A DNA stretch of 64,000 bases, taken from assembly GCF_032444005.1 (NCBI RefSeq), contig NC_091290.1, positions 90,520,001 to 90,584,000 on the forward strand, in the 5' to 3' direction. Made by a program: the position numbers and the translations under genes. The notes beneath the pieces were generated by a model that saw only the letters and a program-made list of their open reading frames with translations, was not told the origin of the DNA and made no database searches. Of the stretch, positions 12,062 through 22,437 are shown one piece after another. The stretch's first letter is position 1, and the number at the start of each line of letters is the position of its first letter. The stretch comes from Ranitomeya imitator (Eukaryota).

Positions 12062-13440
12062 ATGGATCTTTCAATAGCGAACTTTAATTTCCAACTGGAG
12101 TTCAGCTTCAAGATTTTCCTTGCCTGTGTTTTTGCTTGGGAGCAAGACCGAAACCGCCAAAGATGGAGAAGGAGACAGCGTCGGCGTTTTTGGAGGCACC
12201 CCATCATTGAAGTGCGTGAGACCCGCGGAGCATATCACACCCTGTATGCGGAGCTGAATGCCAACCCGGAGAAATTCCAGGATTACACCAGAATGTCGCA
12301 AGATTCTTTCCGTGAATTACTGTCTCGTGTCGAAGGTTCCATACGGCGACAGGACACACGGCTCCGTAGAGCAATTCCACCCGAGGAACGTCTGTTGGTG
12401 ACATTACGGTACGTTCCAAAAATAAACCAATGATAGTCAAATTTTGGGGTTATGACATGTATTTTGGGTTGTTTTTTTAAAATTTTTCTTATTGAAAAAC
12501 AACATAAAATAAGAGCCGTTTTATAATGTTTTTTTTGGTTTCTTTTCCTTCTAGATTTCTGGCCACAGGAGAGAGTTTATCTTCCCTGCACTTCCAATAC
12601 CGCCTTGGAATCTCAACCCTGTCCGGAATTGTTGTGGACACCTGTCGTGCGTTATGGAATGTACTCCGTGAGGAGTTTATACCCGTACCCACCGTGGACA
12701 TGTGGCGGGAAATATCCAAAACATTTTTGAACGTGTGTGATTTTCCAAACTGTTTAGGGGCGGTGGATGGGAAGCACATCCGCATTTTTAAACCTGCAAG
12801 AACCGGATCTGAGTTTTTTAATTATAAAAAATATTTTTCGATAGTGCTCATGGCAATAGCGGATGCGGAGTGTCGCTTCATCGCCGTGGACGTTGGAGCT
12901 TTTGGCCGTGGCAATGATTCCCAGACCTTCAAGAGCTCTGATATGGGCCGCCGTGTGTATGGCAACAATTTTAATTTCCCACCTCCACAGCCTCTCCCCA
13001 ACACTCAAGGGTCACCGCTGCCATTTGTTATGGTTGGGGATGAGGCCTTCCAGATGTGTGAAAATCTCCTGAAGCCATATTCTAGTAGGGACTTGGACCA
13101 TACTCGCAGAATATTCAACTACAGACTGACAAGGGCAAGAAGAACCGTAGAGTGCAGCTTTGGCATTCTGGTTGCAAAATGGCGCATTCTCGCAACAGCC
13201 ATCAATCTAAAAGTGGAAACAGTGGACGAGGTGGTCAAAGCCTGTGTGGTTCTACACAATTATATAATGGCTAAGGAGCGACCCCACATTGAACTTGATG
13301 AACCAATTTCACACCCATTGCCCGATTTTCATCATCACCCGATGAGGTCAACTGCAGCCGTTGGTCTTATGCGTGACCAATTTGCGGCCTATTTTGTGTC
13401 CGATATTGGACGGGTTTCATGGCAGGACAATGTTGTTTAA
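12062..13440 (+). CDS. Harbinger DDE transposase (HARBI1-like), 2 exons, 410 aa
   Basis: Exons 12062-12408 and 12555-13440 with a GT..AG intron at 12409-12554. Splicing restores EERLLVTLR|FLATGES. Motifs GAVDGKH, GNDS, VGDEAF and RARRTVECSFGIL. 1,233 nt with no internal stop. Confidence 0.95.
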
Positions 13441-14318
13441 ATGTCCTGTTGTATGTTAATGTTTACCAAATATTAAATACTGATACCAATTTTTCAAATT
13501 AATAAACTTTTTTGTGTTCACCAGGTCTCCTGTCTTTTTCCTCTCTAAAGGTTGAACAAAGATGGGCAGTAGTAGTATATCATAATTTGTAATCCAAAAC
13601 AAGGAGTGGGTGATAGTTGATGAGGTAATAATTTGATTTTTTTAATCATAATTGACCTCTGTTGCACTCCCTATTTTGGTTTACAAACAATGATATAAAC
13701 ACGCATACTTATAATGTAACCAGATTTAAATTTCTTTATTGGTAATCTTCTTGACGTCATTGCGTCACGACTGGCACGCTCTCTATTCCCGTCAAGTCAA
13801 GTGTAAGAAATAATGAATTCATGATGAACATAAACATGATCATGAATTCAAAATTTCTTACACCTGCCAAGGTGAGGATAGATAGTTAGCGTGTGCCAAC
13901 CATTGTCCCATCAGTTTGACAAACATTGTCACATAATGTGCTATATAGAATATGGTGAATATACAAGTCAGTAATCAACTAAACAGGTCAGGTGTCTATT
14001 TTGACATCTGACCGGTTCAGTTGAGTTCTGAACTTGATTTACACCATTTTCTCTTTGTACAGTGACACTACACCAGTTAAAAATTAAAAATAAGAGTATG
14101 GAAATAACTACTATTTTTTTGGCCAACTCATATCTGTATACTAAAGAAACACATATAGATGTTGTCTGGTATTTTATACTACTGGAGATATGTGTAGGCC
14201 AAAAGAATAAAAGTGTGTAAACGCAGTTTATTGGTGTGTATTTAGAGCGGTGAAAGACACAATAAACCAAACATAATTGTTGAAAATAAACTTTTTTTTA
14301 TTGGGGAAAAACACAAAT

Positions 14319-16928
14319 TTATTTTTTTTTACCGCGCCGGGTTGAACCACGCCGGCTTGGGGTTGAGTGCCGTAACTGGGGGGTATTTAGAACTGAAGCC
14401 TGGCTCACCGTGGAGGAGGCAGAGGTTGCAGGAGAATGGGCAACAAAACTTGAAGGGTCTGGAAGTTCGGGGATGGGGCTTAAAACATGAGGGGCTTGAG
14501 ACAAACTGCACGGTTGAGACACATCGGAAGGTGATGGGGGAGGAATAAACAAAGTTTTCTGTTTCTTATGGGTTTTGCCAGTTTTCTGTGTTTTCCGGGT
14601 TGGGGGAAGTCTTTTGGGGCTAGGGTGTAAACTTTGGGTGGGAGACACGTCAGGACCCGGCTCCACAATTTCACAGTCAGTCTCCATTGTGGAGCGCTCG
14701 GCAATCTCTGAGTCCAATGGGGGGAAAGATAAAGTCCCGCCTGGGTCCTGGTGCCTCGTTGGGGGGGGGGAAACAAAAACCCTCCCAGGATCCTGGTGCC
14801 TCGTTGGGGGGGGGGAAACAAATCCCATACCAGCGTCCTGCTGCATTGCTGGTGGGGGGGAACATAAAGCCATGGATGGTTCTTGGTGCATCGGGGTGGG
14901 TCCTGCCCGGAAACGTATGGCTTGGTCATGCATCATGGGGTGCCCGGTGCGATACGCCATGGATGTGTCCTGCTGCATCGGGGGGTTTCCTGCCCGGAAA
15001 GCAACGCCTCGGTCCTGCTGCATCGGGGTTGGTCCGGTCCGATATGCCAGGCCTCGGTCCTCCTGCATCGGGGTGGGTCCGGTCAGATATGTCAGGCCTC
15101 TGTCCTGCTGCATCGGGGGTGGGCCGGTCCGATATTGCATGGATGGGTCCTGCTGCATCGGGGGTGGGCCGGTCCGATATTGCATGGATTGGTCCTGCTG
15201 CATCGGGAGGTTGCCGGGCCGATAAGCCACGCCAGGGTCCTGCGTCATAGAGGTGTCAGCGGAGGAGGTCCAAGCCGGAGCAGCGGTCGTCACGGTGGTG
15301 GCGGTGGGATGTCCAACAGCACTCGTCATCGTGTTGGCGCTGTACTGGAGAACACCTGTTGAGGGAATAGAGGTGGCCGTGCAGTGGTATGCAGCAGAGG
15401 TAGGAATGGTGTTTACTTCGGACAGTGACGGCACAGTTGGATATGCCGCCACATTACGACTCTGACTCTGCTGCATAGCCTGCCCCAAAGCAACATTGCA
15501 GGCCTGCATCACACTCAGCTGGAGATCAGGGCTAAGGTGTTCCGACATGCTCTGGTGGATTTTATTAAAAAAATGATGAGCTGGCTTCTGGAGGTCGGCT
15601 TTAACTTGATCAAGGCTTTTAGCGACATCCTGGATGCGGCACTGTAACAGGTTATGGGACACATCCATTTTGTCACTTAAAGCCTTGATAGCTTCGTGTA
15701 AAACCGAGCTCAAGTGCAAAAACTCGGGCATGAGGGACCTATCCGAAGCCCTCTGTCGCTGCCGGGATGAGCCCGCAAAAATGGGTGCAGCGAAAGAGGA
15801 CTGCGAAAGGGGAAGACCTGATGGGCCAGCTCCCTGGTCTCCAGTGACTGTGGAAGACCCACCTGGTGCTGCGCTGCTGGATGGCTGGGACGGGTCCGTG
15901 GCTGTCGGCTGAAGGACCGCTCCAGAACCTGTGGCGACAGTCGTGCAGTGTGTGCTGTGAAAAAATAAAACAGAAAATTAATACCAAACGATAACAAGAC
16001 GGTACATCCTATGGAATTAAAAATGACAGATTATGTCAATGCAATACAACCGGAGGCATGTGACAAATACTTACGTTCTCAAGAGAAGGACCGGTCTCAG
16101 GAAGGCCAGCACACGGTGGTACTTGTACAGCCGGTGCCTTGCTCCGGAACCACTAGCTGCACTCTTCTCTGCACGCAGGTCCTTGTTGAAGCGGTCCTTC
16201 ATGGAACGCCAACGTGTTCTTACTTTGTCCACTGTGAAATAACAATAAAATATAATGGTCAGAATCAGGACTTTTGGCCATGCTCTCGTGACTGTGTGTG
16301 ATGACAGAAACTACGAAAAGTTTCTGTCATCACACACAGTCAAGAGAGCATGGCCAAGGTCTGTTTCTTCACACTATCGTGCAATACTTACCAAATGCAT
16401 TACGGACCCGTGGCGTTGAATTCTCCCAGCCATCCCACAACGCTTGGGCCACCTCACTCCACAAACGACGGATAACACTATTGACGGAGTGCTGTTGATC
16501 CCGGCTGTCCCACAACGGGACTCGCTCCTGTACCAGAGTGATTAGCAGGTCATTATCGATGTGGTCATCGTCCCGTTGTGAAACCTAAAATTTAATTAAA
16601 AAAAATTAAGTTTGCTCAACCACATTTAAAAAAAAAAAAAAAAAAAATGAGAAAGGGCAGAAATATGAAAGACAACTTAAATAAGGACAGTCTGCCTGGT
16701 ATACATACCCGCTGCCGTCTTCCACCTGGACCTTGACTCCGCTGCTCCGTACCTCTCTGTCCCTCAGTTGAAGTGCTCTATAGAATAAAAAAAATATAAT
16801 TGCCTCGTGTCGATGTGACAGTCAATACTTACCAAGCTGACGGAACAAAAAATTACCTCGCTCACGTGATCCACTTCTGATTGCCGTGGCTGGAATTCAT
16901 CATCAGACGAAGAAACCGGAGAAGACAT
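14319..16928 (-). CDS. Harbinger MADF/Myb-like DNA-binding partner protein, 5 coding exons, 708 aa
   Basis: Exons 16928-16857, 16777-16709, 16584-16392, 16231-16075 and 15954-14319; all GT-AG, phases compatible, total 2,127 nt. MADF motifs LITLVQERVPLWD...RLWSEVA...VRTRWRSMKDRF...YHRVLAFL. A probable non-coding exon lies near 17020-17090. Confidence 0.9.
14745..15245 (-). repeat. 45-bp coding tandem repeat (15-aa unit, PMQQDPSMQYRTGPP-like, ~11 copies) in the MADF gene
   Basis: The unit tcctgctgcatcgggggtgggccggtccgatattgcatggatggg repeats with progressive divergence and is visible in ORF 14319..15731. Confidence 0.9.
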
Positions 16929-17184
16929 TCTGATGCGTGTTGAAAGAAAAACATTGAAAAAATTAGGACATGTAGATCCAAAAAATTGAAGAATAATGCA
17001 TTGGCAAGGATATACTCACATTGCTCTGTGTCTTGTCCAACAATGCGTCCGGGCAGGGTGCTGTCTTCCTTGGAGTCTGATGAGAAGTGACCAGAAACTT
17101 CCCCCAGCCTTCCTTTTATAACCCTTCAGCTATGGGGGAGCCTTATCAGTGTCTAGACAACCTTATCTTAACTATGGTGCCAAA

Positions 17185-17529
17185 AAAAACGCATGCTTCA
17201 AAAAAACGCATGCGTAAAAAAAAACGCATGCAAACGCATGTCCAAAAAAACGCATGCGTCTCCATTGACTCCAATGCAATTTTTTTCCAAAAAAAAACGC
17301 ATGTGAACGCATGCGTTTTTTTTGGAAAAAAAAAACGCTTTGCAAAATACTACATGTTGCATTTTAGAAAGTGAACGCATGCAGTTAAAAAACGCATGCG
17401 TTCACAAACGCGGACAAACGCGGACATCAAAAAACGCACGCGTTTTTAATGTTAAATATAGGGAAAAAAACGCATGCGTTTTTTTTTGTAAAAACGCATG
17501 CGTTCAAAAACGCTAGTGTGAAACCAGCC
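17185..17529. repeat. Right subterminal array of AAAACGCATGCGTTTT-type palindromes of the Harbinger
   Basis: Dense aaaaaacgcatgcg repeats next to the right TIR. Confidence 0.85.
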
Positions 17530-18643
17530 TAAGTCAGTAAAAAGTAGGTAGGAGTATTTAAAACAAGAAAATGATGAGGGTGCCCATACTTATGCACCTG
17601 ACAAATTTTGTTTGAATGCAGATTGCACATTTTCTGTTAGTACAATAAACCTCATTTCAAGGCAGAAACATTACTGTGTCCAACAGTTATTAGATATATG
17701 AAACTGAAATAGCTGTTGCAAAAAAAAACCAATTTTTATAAAACATTAAGCTTAAGATTAATAGGGGTGCCCAAACTTTTTCATATAACTGTAAATTTGT
17801 TACATTTCTTAGGACCATGTGAAAGTGTTATATCTGTTATGGCTGACTTCATTCATCACCATGTCTGCTCCTCACAGTGATGAATTGTCCTGACTGCTTT
17901 AGGCAAACACATTCTAATTGCCAGAACAAATAGAAAATCCAGAGGATGACCATTTATTATGACAGCGCCTTCTCTAAAATGACTGTAGAACAAATGTGTG
18001 GTTTCACATCTCTGGGCAGAAGAGAATTGGAATACATTGTATGGAGATAAGCCAGTGAAAGCATACAGCCATTGTACAATATGCAGACGAGACTGATACG
18101 AGGAGGAATGAAGGAGTTAAGTAGAACTGGAGAATCAATTAACTTTCAAATTAATCTTTCCCGTATTCAGATTTAAACCATGACACTCTAAGGAGCTCCA
18201 GCATTCAGCTTTAAAGCATCACAGGGGAATAAAGAGTTGGAAACATCTTCCTACACACAAGCTAAGAACAACCATGAATTGTAACAAAATGTCTGTGACA
18301 TTTCCTAACAAATGCTCTTTCTAAAGGAGAAGTTATTTATTTTTTCAAGTTTGCTGTCTTAAAGAAAAAAAATTGTATTTCTGGTTGAATATTGATGTAT
18401 TATGAAAATGGAATCCTATTCTTATTTTACCTAAAACTGTTAATACTTTTTTTGCACATTCTTATTTCCCCTTTTTCCAAATTATTTTGCCCCTGAGGTC
18501 GGGTGCCCACGATCCGGAAGAAGCAGCAATTTGGATGCAATGTATTTTCATGTATGTCCAAAGCTCTGCATTTAGTGAATGTAGGTGAATCTGCATGTGA
18601 TCACTGAATCGTGCGGAGTCACCGCTTCCAATACATTGTATCA

Positions 18644-19021
18644 GGCCGGAGTAACACTAGCGTATAATACGGACGAGTGCAATGCGAGAAAGCATCGCAT
18701 AGCACTCGGACCCTTGTTAATCTATGGTGAAGCTCACATCAACGGTTTTTTTCTCGGACATATTCTATGTGGAAGTGAAATCGCAGCATGCTGCGATTTT
18801 ATGCGCAAATAGGCCAAGTCTCGCCAATGCAAGTCTATGTGTGCGAGAAAAAAACGCACAGCACTCACAGCATGTTTTTTATGCCCCGGTGACCTTTGAA
18901 AAGCAGGTATTTCATCTGCGGTGTACAGTAAAATCACACTGACAGGTTAGAATAGATAGAATAGAAATATACACATAGAAAATATATATATACAAATGTC
19001 AGTAACACGTATATATATATA
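18644..19021 (+). mobile_element. 5' part of a non-autonomous DNA element (GGCNGGMGTMACACT terminus) whose (TA)n tract hosts the Helitrons; resumes at ~24955
   Basis: Shares gcggtgtacagtaaaatcacactgacaggttagaatag with 26638-26680. Starts ggccggagtaacact versus ggcaggcgtcacact at 26353. The far end was not defined. Confidence 0.6.
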
Positions 19022-19783
19022 TCTAATATATAATTGCCTAGAATACTACTTCCTGCAATTTGTGCCAACTTCCTGTCCGGAGCTAATGTCCGGAGCTAAT
19101 GTCCGGAGATAAGTGACGTCAACAGTGTCCAGTGTCTGATTGGTTGCCGCCTGCTGCGAGCGACCAATCAGAAACGTGCCGTACTGTGACACACTCCGCC
19201 CGCCATTTTGGTGTGATTTTTTGAATTTTTACCTCACAGCAAGTTTCTACTGCATGGAGGCGGGCCCAGTGACGTTGCTCTTCAAGCTCCTGCCGAATTT
19301 CGTTAAAAAAATGATAATACCATTTACCAAAACTATATATATTTAGTTGTGAAGTGGTTCAGTGACATTTTCACACCAATTTTGAACTTATTTGAAATTA
19401 TTTGCCACATAAGGATATTGTCCATTATTGCCCAGCAATTTCTCTGCAATATAAACTGCCTATTTATTAATATCTGCATTCCTGCAAAGAACTATTGCCT
19501 ATTATTAACTGGGTATTTTCCTACTACCTGACATTGTTCTCAAGCAAAGAACCGTTGTTGTGGCATTTGCCACAACACGCAAAGTTGTCGTCTGATGTCT
19601 TTCATCCCTCCCCTCATAAGCATGTTCATGGATCCTGTGTAACTGTACCTTAAATAACAAGAATTGTCAAGAGCTGGTGAGTGCAGCCATTTTTTGTTCT
19701 TTCTTACTATTATTTATTAATTGTATTATTTTTACATTTGAATAAATAAAGTATATATGGATTCTAGACTCCCGATTCTTTAG
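19022..19783 (+). mobile_element. Non-autonomous Helitron-like element, family 1 (3' end runs into the assembly gap)
   Basis: Starts A|TCTAATATATAA inside a TA tract. Ends at cccgattctttag, the first arm of a likely terminal hairpin, right before the Ns. Confidence 0.55.
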
Positions 19784-19925
19784 NNNNNNNNNNNNNNNNN
19801 NNNNNNNNNNNNNNNNNNNNNNNNNNNNNNNNNNNNNNNNNNNNNNNNNNNNNNNNNNNNNNNNNNNNNNNNNNNNNNNNNNNNNNNNNNNNNNNNNNNN
19901 NNNNNNNNNNNNNNNNNNNNNNNNN
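19784..19925. other. Assembly gap (142 N)
   Basis: Run of n characters. Confidence 1.
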
Positions 19926-22437
19926 TGCACCGTCGCAGCTACAGCCACAAAATTTTGCACAGTCACACGACTGGACCCTGAGAGCGTCATAGGCTTCGTT
20001 GTGAGGTGAAATTTTAACCCCGCGCGTTCCAATTTACCAAACAATTTTGCCCCTATCTACATAATAGGGAAAAAAGTGAAAGGAAAAGTGTTGGAGGCGT
20101 CGCAGCTACAGAAACAAAATTTTGCACAGTCACACGTCTGGACCCTGAGAGCGTCATAGGCTTCGTTGTGAGATGAAATTTTAACCCCGCGCGTTCCAAT
20201 TCACCAAACAATTTTGCCCCTATCTACATAATGGGGAAAAAAGTGAAAGGAAAAGTGTTGGAGGCGTCGCAGCTACAGCCACAAAATTTTGCACAGTTAG
20301 ATGTCTGGACCCCGAGAGCGTCATAGGCTATATTTGAGGCGAAATTTTAACCCCGCGCATTCCAATTCACCAAACAATTTTGCCCCTATCTACATAATGG
20401 GGAAAAAGTGAAAGGAAAAGTGTTGGAAGCGTCGCAGCTACAGCAACAAAATTTTGCACAGTCACACGTCTGGACCCCGAGAGCGTCATAGGCTATGTTG
20501 TGAGGTGAAATTTTAACCCCGCTTTCCAATTCACCAAACAATTTTGCCCCTATCTACATAATGGGAAAAAATGAAAGGAAAAGTGTAGGAGGCAAATTGA
20601 CAGCTGCCAGATGTGAACAAGGGGGACTTAAAGAATGAGAGCGATGGCGCCAAAGAGTAGATACCGTACAGTTGCTAAGGTGGGGCCTCGACATGGGATA
20701 CTCACCACACACGGGGATATGAACACACACAAAATGCGCCACACACTACCACGTGCTTGAACACATATTACCCTCAGCACACATTTCACCACAAATACAC
20801 CCACCTCGCCACATAAAAGTCAAAACACAAAAGTCGCCACTCAAAACTCGCCACGCGCAGAACTCGCCACATGCAAAAACTAGGCTCTTGCAAAACTCGC
20901 CACAAGTGCAAAATTCTCCTCATGAAAAACTCGCCACACGAAAAACTTGCACACGCGGAAAAATTGCCACATGCACAAAAGTTGCAACCAATGCAAAAGT
21001 TGCCTCACACAAAACTTGCACATACTCAAAAGGCACCACACATAATACTTGCAACGCGCAAAACTCGCCATGCGCAAAACTTGCTGCACACAACTTGCTA
21101 CACTAACCTGTCACATGCAACTTGACACACAAAAAGTTGCTACACGCATGTTGCTACACAAAACTCATCTCACAAAAGTCGCTACATGCATGTCGCCACA
21201 CGCAACTCAACACACACAACTTGACAAATGAAACTCGCCCTAAAACACACACAAGTCTGGTATTATCCTTCAAAAATAAAAATCTGATTAATAAGCAGAC
21301 AAACTACAACAATTGCACCATATAGGAAATACGGCAGCTGTCAGTCACATGACCTGTCTATTATGTGTATGTGTGAGCTAATATATACTGCCAGGGGGAG
21401 GGCTTCCTGTTGGCTGGGGATTTATCAGGCTGCCAATTTAGCTTACAAATACTGAGGTAAAAATACTGAGCAAATAACGTGTGAACGAGGTCTAATACAG
21501 GAGGAGATGACACACAGGTATATACTATATACAGGGGAGATGACACACAGATATATACTATATACAGGAGAGATGACACACAGGTATATACTATATAGAG
21601 GAGGAGATGACATATAGGTACATATATATACAGGAGGAGATGACATACAGGTATATACTATATACAGGAGGAGATGACATACAGGTATATGCTATATATA
21701 GAAGATGACATGCAGGTATATACTATATGCAGGAGGAGATGACACTCAGATATATACTATATACAGGGGAGATGACACACAGGTATATACTATATACAGG
21801 AGGAGATGACATACAGGTATATGCTATATATAGAAGATGACATGCAGGTATATACTATATGCAGGAGGAGATGACACTCAGATATATACTATATACAGGG
21901 GAGATGACACACAGGTATATACTATATACAGGAGGAGATGACATACAGGTATATATTATATATAGAAGGAGATGACATTCAGGTATATACTATATATAGG
22001 GGAGATGACACACAGCAGGTATATACTATATACAGGGGAGATGACATACAGGTATATACTATATACAGGAGATGACATACAGATGTATACTATATATAAG
22101 GGAGATGACAAACATGTATATACTGAGGTGATGAGGTGAAAATGAGAGGTGTGAGGTGAAAATGAAAAGGTGTGAGTGCAAAATGAGAGGAGTGAGGAAA
22201 AATAGTGGAGTGATCAGAAAATGATAGATGTGAGGTTGAAATGACAAGTGTTAGGGGGGAATGAGAGGAGTGAGGGAGAAAATGAGAGGTGTGAGGGAGA
22301 AAATGAGAGATGTGAGGGGGAAAATGAAAGATGTGATTGGGAAAATGAGAGGCGTGATGGGAAAATAAGAGAAGTGAGGTGCTATAACTAACCACAGATA
22401 TTTACTATGCCCAGGCAACGCCGGGCTCTTCAGCTAG
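19926..22437 (+). mobile_element. Non-autonomous Helitron, family 2, copy 1 (5' end lost in the gap)
   Basis: 3' hairpin gcccaggcaacgccgggc (22409-22426) followed by CTAG. Collinear and highly similar to copy 2. Confidence 0.85.

Larger units (their letters stand above)
11726..17529. mobile_element. Full-length autonomous-type PIF/Harbinger transposon (5,804 bp)
   Basis: Perfect 40-bp TIRs (ggctggtttcacactagcgtttttgaacgcatgcgttttt), TAA on both sides (11723-11725, 17530-17532), and two convergent genes. Confidence 0.97.
11642..17791 (-). mobile_element. 5' end of a Tc1-like element split by the Harbinger insertion (pieces 11642-11725 and 17530-17791)
   Basis: TA-flanked terminus cagttatatgaaaaagtttgggcaccc (minus strand, from 17791) with inner repeat gggtgcccatactt at ~17578. 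Joining the flanks across the TAA site gives a continuous sequence leading to caatcATGagaaaagct at 11655. Confidence 0.55.

Noticed and set aside
14480-15465. Several long overlapping ORFs on both strands (149-216 aa)
   Set aside because: These are by-products of the GC-rich 45-bp repeat, which lacks stops in several frames. Only the minus-strand frame splices to the MADF exons.
16833-16842. Possible 4-nt micro-exon (cag|cttg|gtaagt) in the MADF gene
   Set aside because: Including it would shift the frame, and the gene splices cleanly without it.
19667-20044. 125-aa ORF with an X run
   Set aside because: It spans the N gap and is an artefact.
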